From Octopus bimaculoides (lineage: Eukaryota), in NCBI RefSeq assembly GCF_001194135.2, contig NC_068984.1, positions 122,712,921 to 122,776,920 on the forward strand: a stretch of 64,000 bases of DNA, in the 5' to 3' direction. Under the pieces are notes generated by a model that was not told the DNA's origin, did no database searches, and saw only the letters and a program-made list of their open reading frames with translations. Below, piece after piece: positions 25,436-38,244 of this stretch. Numbering within the stretch: the stretch's first letter is position 1; every line of letters starts with the position of its first letter. A program made the position numbers and the translations under genes.

Positions 25436-25490
<55 letters not shown>

Positions 25491-25492
<2 letters not shown>

Positions 25493-26341
25493 GGGTACAA
25501 TGAAAATAACACTGACATCTCATTTTAACAGCTATATTTACCAAAATTGCATAAAAATATCTTGGAATACTAATGAGTAAATTTATTCAATAAAATCGCC
25601 ATTGGCTTCAACCATGACCTCCAGACGAGTTCGGAATCTCCTGCAACTCTTCTGGATGTTCCCCTTGCTTAAGTTGGTGAATGCTGCCATAATCCTTGCC
25701 TTCAGTTCATCTTTGATGTTACAAGGAGTTTTGTTAGTCTTTCGCTCAACTGCGTCACACACATTATAATCAAGGGGGTTGCAGTCTGGGGAGTTAAGTC
25801 GCCAGATATTAGGAGTGATGTGGTTTCAGAAATAGTCTGGCAGCTATGACTTTCCTGCTTGTGGGGCATGGTGCAGAGTCCTGTTACCGGACATAGGGTC
25901 TTCCAGCAGCCACCCTTTTGACCCAGGGCAACACTACCTCCTCCAGGCACTTGATGTAGTCCTCCATGTTGAGTCTAAAGCCATGTGGAAAGATGAATGG
26001 AGGCATAACATTGCCATCACTAATGACCACTCCAAACACCATGATGTTGACTGGATGTTTGATTTTTATCACCCTTGGTACATGTTTTGGGGACATGGCA
26101 AGCCAACGGTTGTCCTGTGTGTTCACCATCTGTTCATATTGGAGCTTCCAGCATGAATGTTAAGCAGTACAGCATTGTTTCGAAATTTCTGGCAGAGTGA
26201 ATTGCATCATGGTGCTGTTTTTCTCACAGACGGTACCCAACTGACCCTACTATACTGTGTAGTCAACAAACTCAAAAACAAACAATGCACATGCGCAAAA
26301 TTAAGAATATAAAATTGCAACAATTTACCCTTCACACCCTG
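25491..26341 (-). mobile_element. Tc1/mariner-superfamily element (maT/DD37D-like), internally deleted
   Basis: Ends share cacagggt / accctgtg, and transposase remnants lie inside. Confidence 0.85.
25583..26210 (-). pseudogene. Degenerate maT-like transposase
   Basis: Track ORF 25884-26129 reads NRWLA...KHPVNIMVFGVVISDGNVMPPFIFPHG...YIKCLEEVVLPW. It is followed by QDSAP and NSPDCNPLDY...RRFRTRLEVMVEANGDFIE*. D2-D3 spacing is 106 nt with a frameshift. The HTH and first D are missing. Confidence 0.85.
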
Positions 26342-27646
26342 TGAACAAAGCATTTGAGCGAGATCACTGCCAGCGCTGCTGGACTGATTCCTGTTCAGGT
26401 GACACGTGAAAACACCATTTGAGCGTGGCCACTGCCATTACCGCCAGACTGGCCCTCATTCCGGTGGCATGTAAAAGCACCCACTACATTCTCGGAGTGG
26501 TTGGCATTAGAAAGGGCATCCAGCTGTAGAAACTCTGCCAGATCAGATTGGAGCCTGGTGCAGCCATCTGGTTCGCCAGTCCTCAGTAAAATCGTCCAAC
26601 CCATGCTAGCATGAAAAGCAGACGTTAAACGATGATGATGATGATATATATATATGATAGTGAAGGTAAAGGATTTGTAGTAAGTAGGGAGGTGTAAAGT
26701 TGTATGAGAGTGAAAGAAGACCTTGTGACTGGTGGTTTACTGTATTTGTTTAGTACTTCTAATATTTTTTTTCTGTGCTATACATGAATTTGTTGTGGAG
26801 AAGAGCTACAGAGGAAGACTACATAGTGACATTCTTCTTTCCTCTTCCCAAAAACCATTTGTAAAAGTACGAAAAAGGAAAGAAAGAAAAGGAACCCTTT
26901 AATGTGAACTGGAAATATTTGCAATTAGATTAAGGTTACGAAATACTACTTGTTGTTCTTGTGAATCTTGATAGAAATCATTTAGTCTGGATGGTAATAA
27001 CTAATGTTGTAATAGCCGTTGTTGTTGTTGTTTTTGTTTGTGGAGGCGATGGTGCTGTCAATGTTGCTTTTATTGTTGCAGTACTTGTTATTGTAGTTGT
27101 TGTTGTTGTGATGTATTGATTATTTTCAAGTAGCCTGACTAATTATTGATTTATTTCTCATCTATCTATAGCCTTTTGTTCTACATGGAACTGTTGAGTG
27201 TGTGTGTGTGCGTGTGTGTGTGTATAATGGAGTTTGGGAGCTGTTGAATTGGTAGCCTTTCCGGAACCATATATTTACAGTTTATTGCAACCGAATTAAG
27301 GACCATTTAGGTAGATTAGCAAGGTCTAAATTTCAAGTTGAGCTTAGCACCTACTATTGTGTGTGTGCATGCACGTGCACATATTGATTCTATTCATTTC
27401 TGATCATTAAATTCAATATATATATCTAGGAATAAAGAATGTGGGTGTTAAGGAGATGGAAGAGTTATAACGAAAAGTGTGTGATCACCAAACCTATTTC
27501 AAGTAGGGTCTGTTCATCCAGCAATTCCTCTGTTACTTCCTTCTATAGGACATCCTGTATCGTAAATGAGATGATGTTCTTAACATATCATTTATTAATT
27601 CCTAACTTAACAGTTCAGCTATGTATATATGTGCTGTTTGTGTATG

Positions 27647-27695
<49 letters not shown>

Positions 27696-30257
27696 TTCGA
27701 AGCGCCGGAGTTTTAATGGTGGCAGCTGATGAAGGGGATGTTTCTATGTGGCCTGCTTGTTTGTTGCACCTTGTTTACCATTTTGTACTTGTTCTTTTGC
27801 CATGTCATGTACCCAGTTATGTATCTATATGTACATGTAGATGAACGTATATACATACATGTACATATATATGCATATACTCATATATTGTTTATATATA
27901 TATATATATATATATTGATAGATAGATAGGGAGGGAGGAGGGTTATACTACTTGTAACTAGTTACTACTCTGTCTCCCCCTTCCTCTCTCTCATCTGATC
28001 TGGTAAGGAAGATAATAAGATTTGAACTGTTTCTGTCCTCCTTCACAGTCAGCCAGACATTGTAGCAGTGATTCATCATTGTCTTAAGCAACAGGGTATC
28101 TGTAACTATGGTAATGATATATATATATATACATCTGCATACAGCAATATTGCCTTACGTAATGCTCTTTGTTCAGTTATATACGCTCTTTGATTATAGA
28201 TTAATTCAGGAGACTGAGTAGGAGGAGCACCTGTTCAATAATAATTTTTTTTTAATTAGATTCACACAGGTGTTGGCAGGACAGTTTATTGCTGACTAGT
28301 TTATTGGTATTATCTACTGGACAGACTACTATATGGGTGTCTATTGAACAAACAAACCATATATGTGTATGACTATAGGTCAGCTTTTAAAACCATTTTA
28401 GTTTGAGGAAGAAGAGTAATGCCTATAGCTTTCCCATGCTTTCCCATATAAATGAGGTTGATGTTAGCATAAATTTCTAAAGCTTGAATGATGGCTAATG
28501 CAGCATTGATACAGTGTTTATATAGTTTGTATGCAGTTTTACTTGTGTTGACAGCATAATGTCTGCTCTGCAGATTTGAAATTTTTCTAAATATTGCTGT
28601 TACCTAAATTTGGTTTATATTTCACATACTAGAGTCCTATCTAAGACTTTTGTATATAAACTATATATTTCTATTGTGTATGTAATACACAATATATACC
28701 TTGAAGATCACTGATGATGGTGCCACATAAAAAGGATCCGGTACATTTTGTATAGTGGTTGGCATAAGGAAGGGCATCCAGCTGTAGAAACCAAGCCAAA
28801 ACAGACTATGGAACCTAGTGCGACTCTTGACCTTGCCAGCTCCTGTCAGGCCAGCCAATCTATGCGAACATGGAAAGTAGATGTTAAATGATGATGATGA
28901 TACCATACGATATAAAACAATGCTGTTTCATTTACTGTCCTCATCTCTCAGATCTACAACATGGAAAAAAAAAGTAAAACCAAGACTGGTTTGTCAACTT
29001 GGGTGAACATTGCACTTAGCAAGGGGCTTCCTTCCTCTGGGTCTCCCTGAGTTAGAGGAGAGGAAAGACCGGCTAGGATATCTGAAAGAGGCAACCAGGT
29101 ACAAGGGCTGCACTCAAAAACCTTAATAAAACCTTGTAGACAGGTATTACTTTTCATCATAGCACAGAATCTTTGATTGGTGCTGACAGTTTTGTTGCCA
29201 TTGGTAACCAGGTAGCAATGGCTTACATGATTATCAATAGCAGATCATTTGTAGTCTTAACTAACATAATACAGTATATAGTACTAATATATACTTCATA
29301 CACTAAATTCACAACTGAAATTTTTCTATGTAAATTACCAATAGTATTCTTGTGTATAAAATTTACCCTTGTTTCTAAAATACACTGTACAGGGGGTCAA
29401 CATGACTTTGGTTAGCAAAAGGATTAATAATAATTCTTTGCATAAAGACTTTTAACACTTTCAGTTGATGTTCAGTTGAATAGTTTTGTTGTCCTAAGTT
29501 CAAACATGCTAGCAAATACAACTTGATAGAGTATGGAATCTTTGAGATGTCTTGCTCCAAAATGTAGATACTAGATATATGGAGAGCATATGTAGAAATA
29601 TAAAGTAAGAGGCATCAAAAAAGTTTTAGTATTATTTCTGATGTAAGACAATATTATTTTAATCATTTTTGCATGTAGTAGAGATAAACTCCAAGTTTGC
29701 TTCACTCTTATTAGACCTCTTTAGCCAAGCACTGATTTCAACATGCTTGTCAAATTGGTGATTAAAAAAATCACTGAGGTAGTTATTTAAATATGTGATT
29801 CACATGAAAACAGTAAAGTCAGTGTTGGCATATTTAATGTAGTGATTGAAAAAAAAATTACTAATTAGAAATACATATTTAATGAGGAAAAGATATAAGC
29901 TTAATGATAAGCATTATTTTATTTCAGTAAGTATGAGAGATAATTCCAGGTATGTTTTGGTTTTATGAGACCTCCTCAGCTTCACATAGATTTCACTGTC
30001 TTGTTAACAGTCTTATGTTACACCTATCAGATATGTTTACTTGCCTGAAAACACACACACACGTACATACATGAAAGAGTATTTTGTAATGTTTGGAGTG
30101 GAGAGATATTTCTTAAATCTCATAAAACTTAATATGAATTGTCATCATCATTGCCATTGAAGATTCTCTAAACAATTCTGTTATTCCATGCAACTAGTGT
30201 ACAGTGTTATACATTTACTTAGTGATTCTTTCATCGCTATTTTGGTAAAGGAAAGTG

Positions 30258-30315
30258 TATTGACTGAGGAGGCCATAAAAAGACTGAAACAAACCCTGAT
30301 TTGTGTCTCATAATA
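30258..30315 (+). ncRNA. Decayed type I hammerhead-like motif
   Basis: tattga-CTGAGGA-ggcc/gact-GAAA-caaa/tttg-tgtc-tcata: core, stem III and part of stem I are recognisable. Stem II and the cleavage site are damaged. Confidence 0.4.
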
Positions 30316-30577
30316 GATGAAATAATTATATCAATATTATTCATGGATTAATATTGCTTATTGTTTTGCATTTTTTTGTTTCTTTATCAACATGATTATT
30401 TCTAATTTTGATTAATGCTCCATGCATTAAATATGTTCACACTAACTCTTCCATATTTATTTGTTTGAAACATATTCTTGCTGTTGGCTACTTACTCCAC
30501 AGTCTTGGCTAGCAAAATCATGTAGGTATCAGAATGACTGTCATCTTAGCCACCAGTAGGTTCCACTTAACTCTGCC

Positions 30578-30629
<52 letters not shown>

Positions 30630-32805
30630 AGGGCGGAGAGGAGCATACTTATTGCTACAGAGGAAATACTACTTAGTTTAGACACAGCCAAGCTAATTTG
30701 TATACTGATATTAGTTTGTCAACTGTTAAGTATTCTTTTTAGATGAGATTCAACAAGAAAAACTAAAGTGTGGAACATGTGTTTGTTTGTTTTAAACATA
30801 TCAATATACTTCAATATATTGAATATTTTGAGTGTTCATGCTACGCTGGGTGTAAAAGAGAATCATTGTTACAGTGTGGAGACAACAAGATGGTTCTATA
30901 TGTAGGATATTGGATTGCGCTGCTTTTTGGCCATGAGTTCAAATCTGTTGCATGTATTTTGTTGTTTCTAGACATAGCCCTTTATTCTACACTATTTTAA
31001 TTGATTATTTCTCAGTAAGATGATTTAAGTTAACCCATTTTTAGAATGGTGCCATATCTAGGATTGATTTCTGTCTTATACATCAAATAAAGCACTATAT
31101 ACAATGGTATTCATGTATGGTATGTAAATGATAGCAAAACTGTTGTTGTTTAGTCTCAGGTCAGCTCTACTTGCATAGACTTGTGATCATTCCAGACATT
31201 CCAACCATCCGTCTTTTTTTATTCAGCCAAATTTTTTCCTTTTATTATTATTCAGACTTATCATATCTAGAACCACTTTATTTTATATCTTTTTTTAAAC
31301 AGGGTAGGGTACAATTCAAGAGAGATTTGGTCCGTCACTTCATAAAATCCCCCTTTGATATCAAAACAATACTTGAGTATTACTTAGATGTCATCAGTGT
31401 AATGTACACAGCTGATATATATTATATATATTATGTACTAATGTTTTGTGTTGTACTTGGCCCTTAGTTTCTTGAGGCCAGAATGTAGGGATAATTTGGA
31501 TTGAATAAAGTACATGGCTACTACTCATTTTATCATAATCATTGTACACCTTTGTCTCATTAGAAGTAGACCCTTGAGGTTCCATCTACTGATGAAACGA
31601 GAACTAAGCACTAGCAACTAAAAAAAAAGCCCACTGGAGCTAAGCATGTAGACCAATATGTATGTGTGAGATTTCATCGTCATTGTTCATCATTTTGTTA
31701 TAACATCTGCTTTTCTATGCTTGCATGGGTAAGAAGGAGAAACACCCACACACATACACACACAGAGGTTATCTGATACCTATTTCTAACACCTAGACAA
31801 ATTGAAACAATCAGAATACAGGTGTGCTGATTCAAAATGACCACAGTATGTTTGAACCTATAGGTTGGTAATCTAATGCCACACCCACTGGGACCCTACT
31901 ACTGGACACCTGTAAGTTTGTCACCTTTTCTTTATAAATTGTCTTCACACCATATACTTTGTGTGTGTGTGTGTATATGGTGGAGGAGGATGCTACAATG
32001 ACTAATACAGCTCTCTGGAGATGACGATAATGATAATTTACACAAGTTTTTCCATGTTTTCATGTTATAACATGATTTATCTATAATGGCTATATTGATT
32101 GGCTTTCATTGACATCACTCATTGTTTTGGTGAAGACTAGTGACATCACTGGTGGTGGCAGCAGCAGCAGTGGTGTTACTGATGGCTGTGGTGGAGATAG
32201 TTCTGTGGTCATGGAGATATTGTTGGTCATCATGGTAATGACTAACATTGGTGGTGAACATGATGGCAGTCTAGTTGAGAGATGTTGTGTAGTGGCCCAT
32301 TCAAGCACAGAGGACAAATGGCGATTTTTTCTTTCTTTAGTTTACATCCACACAAATGTACTACACCAGTCATTTTCTCACTGGGAAACCTTCTGTACAT
32401 ATTAAATATCTGTTATTTGGTTCAGACAGCTGAAACCTTTTGGTTCTTGTCACTTCATTTTCTAGCAGTGAAATAAAATAAATAAAAATGTTTTTACTCT
32501 ACAAGCTTCATCCAAAATATGGGGAGATTTTGGAAAGAATTTACAGGATTTATTTTCCAGAACATAAGCACACAAGTGAATTCAAAGACACAGTTTTCAG
32601 TAATGCAACTGTGTTTTTCAATGGTAATAATGTCACAAATTTAGGAGCAGGGAAAATTTCATGAAGTTGGTGTTAATTGAATCTTTTAAGGTCAAAGGTA
32701 AAGACATCACAACAGGATTTGAGCTCAGAATGTAAAGGGTTAAAAACAGCTACCATGATGCATTTCAATTGGTACTCTTCTGATCCTGCCATCCAGTAAT
32801 GTTAA

Positions 32806-33025
32806 CCCTTTAGCATTCAAAGTGCTCTGTTATATTTAATGCTTATTGATTTACATTGATTTCAATTAATTGTGTACTATCTTTTAGCTTCGAGATTTTG
32901 ATGAAGTGATTGTTTATTTTTAGAATGACATTGTAGGGTAGGTATGAGAGACCGGATCTGGCCAATTTGAGCAGAAAGCAAGTAAAATGTTTGGGCCTGA
33001 TATGGTCAGTTTAAATGTTAAAGAA
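32806..33025. mobile_element. piggyBac-type MITE (TTAA-CCCTTT...AAAG-TTAA), family 1
   Basis: TTAA flanks at 32802-32805 and 33026-33029. Related copies are at 33493-33685, 34050-34275 and 52927-53146. Confidence 0.75.
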
Positions 33026-33740
33026 TTAAATAGATATCTATTTAAAGTATATGATTTATAGACTCTGCACTCTTCTTACCTCAGAGATGGAAGTCAAAAG
33101 CCAACCCCTAAAAGACTGTAATTCAGAACCTATAAAGACAAAAAATAAAACACTGTAAAATATTTAGTACACTCTGTGTGTGTGTGTGTGTGCAGTGAAG
33201 AAGTTTGTTTCACATTCACATGGGTCTAAGTTTAGTCTCACTACCTGACACCTCAGGCAAATGTCTTCAAAAGCCTTGGATTGACCCAAGCTTGTTACTA
33301 AAATTGGGTAGACAGAAACTGCATGGAAGCCCATCAGATGGACTATATGCATAATTCGAAGAACCAGTCTTGTCTCACATGCACAGTGTCTCATTGGTTC
33401 TGTCAAGGGATTACATAAATAATGCAAGTATCTGTTGAAGACCGAGTACTCTAATACACAAGGTCCACTTGTCCTAGTGATTATTGTGTTAACCTTTTAG
33501 TATTCAGAATATTCTGTCAAATTTAATATTTGTTTATTAATCGTGCATTATCTTGTAGTTTAGAGGTTTCAACGATGTGATTGTTTAGTTTTAGAATGAC
33601 ATTGTAGGGTTGTGATTAGAGGCTGGATCTGGCCAGGTTCAACATAAGACAGATCAAATATTTTGGCCTGATATAGCCAGTTAAGAGTACAAGTTACAGC
33701 TTTATCACAGATTGTCACAGTGATTCTGCCTGAGGATTAA

Positions 33741-33958
33741 CCCTTTTGATACCAACTTGCCTGAGACCACCCCAAGTTCAGTGACATAACCTTACTCTTT
33801 TAAAGTAGTATCAATTATAATCTTCCATCAAAATTTTACACTAAATTGTTCCAGGCCCCAGCTTAATAATTAAAAAGTTATTTTACTAAATTCTTCATTA
33901 TTTTAAAGATTAATTGAAACAAAGGTAGCATATGTTAACAAATATGGTAACAAAGGGG
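33741..33958. mobile_element. piggyBac-type MITE, family 2
   Basis: ttaa|cccttttgatacc ... gtaacaaagggg|ttaa. Related copies are at 36747-36963, 42711-42965 and 60749-60968. Confidence 0.8.
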
Positions 33959-34453
33959 TTAAGGGTACAAGATGTTACACATTGTTAAGGGTACAAGAGG
34001 CAACTTTGCCACAACTGGATCATAGTGATTTTACCTGAGCATTATGTAACCCGTCTAGCATTTAAAATGATCATATTCTGCCTAAATATTTTACCGGCTT
34101 TATGTTCAAACTGACCAGATCTGGTCTCTCACACCTACTCTACAATGCCATTGTAGAAATATACTATCACGTCACATCATAGAAATTTCAAAGCTACAAG
34201 ATAATGCATGATGGCTTCAAAATCATGTGAATAAACAAGAATTCTGTTTGATAGAATAATCTGAATGGCAAAGGGTTAAATGTACTAGAGACAGCCTTGT
34301 TACACACTGTCATCGTGGGTTTTGTGTGAGAACTATGTTAAGAGTACTAATATCAGCGAAGTATTCAGCAACTTAGAATATATGGTTTAGGTAGTTCCAT
34401 TGACTGAACAACTAGACCATTCAGATCAGTGAAACTTGCTGAGGGGAAAATAA

Positions 34454-34494
<41 letters not shown>

Positions 34495-34869
34495 AGTGTG
34501 AATGTATAAAGCCAGGTATCATAACCTGTGCAAACATGCTGTGTACAGCCATACCTGTGTATTAATTAAGGTCAGTGTGTATAGGGAACCATTGTTGTTC
34601 ACCTATCAACCAGGCAGCCAGCTTCCCTCTGCCAATGACTAGAAAGACTAGACATTTCTAAATTTTTAAATACTCTCTCTATACCACTTTCTCTCCCCCA
34701 TCTCACTCCTTGCTACCAAGCCAAAAAAAATTTCCATTGATGATGATGATCATCATCATCATCGTGAAAGCTATGAATATGATAAAGAAGACTGATAAAT
34801 TTAATGATAGTTATAAATGTAATTATGGTAAAGATGAGGATGATGTTGATTATAGTGATAATGGTTTAA

Positions 34870-34902
<33 letters not shown>

Positions 34903-36649
34903 TGATGATAATTATGAAGAAGTACACTAATGAATAAGAAGAGAGATATTGATTAATGAATAAAACTTAACCTAAAAACTCAGCCAGTGGATTAGTTTAG
35001 AGGGAGAGAGCGAGATTAAATGCTTATTGATTAGAAACTTGACTGACTGTGCTTGTACTAACAACTCGAGTTTCTGACTCAAGCTTGCCAGCTTGACTGT
35101 CATCCATATGAAACCACATCACTGCTTCTTCTATTGGACCACCACCATATTGTATAAAAACCTGACTGAACAGTTATGAATTAACTTTGATTTCATATGA
35201 CCTATAACCAGGTGTCGTACACCAAAAATTCAAAGACATGAAGCAAGTAAATAAAGGCTGCATTTTAAAGACTCTGTTTGTGGATTTCATTTGGTGAAAA
35301 TCACTTATATATATTGGACAATGTGTTCTAGATTTTAGAAGGTTAAATGTGATTTAAAGTTCTTTCAGAATAAAACAAAACATCCCTTGAAATCTAATTT
35401 TTTTTTTTTTTTTTTTTACTTGTTTCAAAGTCTTGACATTTGGAAGGGCATCCAGCTGTAGAAAACCTTGCCAAAACTGACCTCGCCTATAAAAAGCACC
35501 CGGTCCACTCTGCTGAATGGTTTGTGTTAGGAAAGGCATCCAGCTGTAAAAACCCTGCCAAAACAGACACAGAAGTCTGGTGCAGGCTCCTGCCTGGCCA
35601 GCATGGAAGGCTGACATTAAATGACGATGATGATGCCTGGTATTTATTCTATCAGTCTCTTTTGCCAAACCGCAAAGTTATGGGGACATGAACGAAACAA
35701 CATTGGTTGTCAAATGGTGAGAGGAGAGACACACATATATATATGTATATAATGTAGGTTTCCACACAGTTTCCATCTACCATATTTACTCAAAAAGTAT
35801 TCATTGTCCTGGTGCTATAGCAGAAGATGCTTGCCCAAGATGCTGTGCAGTGGGACTGAACCCAAAGCCATGTAGTTTTAAAGCAAGCTTCTTAATCACA
35901 ATTATACCTGCACCTGATAAAAAATAATAAATTGTGGTGGGGTGATTTTAAAACTTCTGTATATTTTTTTTTTTAATGCAGGGTACATAAATTGACCATG
36001 AAAATCAACCAAATCAGGATTACTTTCCACAAGGTTTTGGGTTTTTAAAGCAAGTGAAACATAATATTTATTGCATGCTTTGTGCTGCAGACTCTTAAAA
36101 ATATGGATTCCAGCAAAAAAATGTTTACCTGCAAATGTTAAGTCGCTTGAAAAGTGACTTAAAAGTTCAGCTACTTAATATGCTTGAATGAAATGCCTCA
36201 AATTCTATTAGCAGCACATAATCAGACTAATACTGATTATTTGTGCTAAGCAGTTTCTTTTAGAACAACAAGAAGTTTAATTTCTAATTAAATATGTTAA
36301 TTTGCATATTTTGAAATCTCAGATATGCCCATTTGCTAATTATATATTCAAATTTTGAATATGTAAATTAGGCACAATAATTTCTCAATTTTTCAACTGG
36401 GTTACATTCCTCACATTTGAATAGAAGAATATTGTCTGTCAGTAGTAATAATGATCATCATCCTTTTTAACAACCAATTTTCTATAGCTGGATGTCTTTC
36501 CTGTCACCAACCTTTACTCGTTTCCAAGCAAGATATTATTTGTCTGTAGCTGGACATGTTTTCATTGAAGATTGGAAATGAAAGGACACCATTTGTATGA
36601 CAATGACACTCATTTACAGTTATCACATGATGTCAAAACATGAGTACAT

Positions 36650-36690
<41 letters not shown>

Positions 36691-36746
36691 GAGCTTCTCT
36701 CACTTTCTGTCAACCAGATTCATTCACAAGGTTTTGGTTGGCTTAA

Positions 36747-36963
36747 CCCTTTCGTTACTGTATTTTGAGATGCTCTGTGTTTCTTTCAATTACTTTAAAT
36801 ATGACAAAGAATTTAGTAAAATAACTTAGTTATCATTGAACTAGTCTTAGGAACATAAATTGTGACTAAGGTTTGGTGGAAGATTTTAATTCAAAACTTA
36901 TGAAAACAAGATATTTGTACTATAGAACCAGAGCCGTTTTCAGCCGGGTTGGTAATGAAAGGA
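36747..36963. mobile_element. piggyBac-type MITE inserted at TTAA within a SINE
   Basis: TTAA at 36743-36746 and 36964-36967. The SINE sequence (ggttggc...agctatagcagaagacacttg) resumes across the insertion. Confidence 0.85.
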
Positions 36964-37121
36964 TTAAAGCTATAGCAGAAGACACTTGTCACTTCCCTCA
37001 CCATAGCTCTGAACATGAAACCACATGGTTGTGAAGCAAACTTCTTAGTTACAAAGACAAAAAAACCTCTTCCACCACTCTGTTTCCTTTCAGACACCAG
37101 TTTACAGATGACCACCTACAT

Positions 37122-37363
37122 CAGTGGATCTAAACCAGGGTACATATGACCTTTGGGGACCCCATATAAGATTTCGTTAAAATTTGTGCAATAAATTGAT
37201 TATACACAAAATATTTTAACAATTTTTTTTTATACAATTCCTAATGTTTAATTATAAAAAAACTTAATAGGATTTTTTTAAATGTCAAATGATCATGAAG
37301 GACTGCCCAAGTAAAATAGAAATCAAAGGGATCCATAGGTAAGAAAAATGGTCAGAACCACTG
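37122..37363. mobile_element. hAT-like MITE
   Basis: Termini cagtggatctaaacc / ggtcagaaccactg; TSD acctacat / tcctacat. Confidence 0.8.
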
Positions 37364-38200
37364 TCCTACATCATTCACATCAGTCTGAGAGAGCCTGCAA
37401 ATGTCCTGGGCACTGACCTCCACCTGAATATCTTCAAAAATATAAGGGTACAAAGCTGTGCTACACACTGAGGCTATAAATTCATGATCTACCCTTGCAG
37501 TACTTAATATTTTTTATAACATAGCTATACAACAACCTTCTCCCCCCCCCCTCCGCCGGGGAATCACATGAATCTGATAAAACCTCACATTCTTAACACC
37601 ATTGTTTCACTCCTTTTCTCCCCCCTCTTTACACTCTGCTATGTGACACATTGTACAATGTTGTGTGATGGTGGCAGTGAATCAGGAACTGAATGGTGTT
37701 ATTGGTAATGGTTGTTCTTATTGTTTAGCCCAAGGACAGCTCAGTATGAACAAACCTGTATGTTAAGGAGTTTTGACTGTGACCATAGCAGCATTTTGTA
37801 TATTATATCATGCAGTAAATTACCCAATGTGTCCTTTATCTTCTTTTATCCTCTACTTGTTTCAGTCGTTGGACTACAGCCATGCTGAGGTACCACCTTG
37901 AATGGGTTTAGTTCAAGCAAATGAACTCCAGTACTTTTTTTTTTTTCAAGTCTTGTACTTACTCTTTCAATCTCTTTTCCCAAACCACAAAGTTACAGGG
38001 ACATAAACAAACTCACACCAGTTGCCAAGGGTGGGTGGGAGATAAACACAACACAAACAAACACTCATGATAGACTTCTTTTAGTTTCCATTTACCAAAT
38101 CTGCTCACAAGGATTTGGTCGGCCCAGGGCTACAGTAGAAGACACTTGCTGAAGGTACCACATAGTAAACTTCTTAACCACACTGCCATGCTTGTGCCTG

Positions 38201-38244
<44 letters not shown>

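Noticed and set aside
33080-33129. Minus-strand 50-nt exon (ttttgtctttatag ... GAG|GTAAGA)
   Set aside because: It is isolated among MITE and SINE debris, is not a multiple of three and has no partner exons. Such matches are expected by chance.
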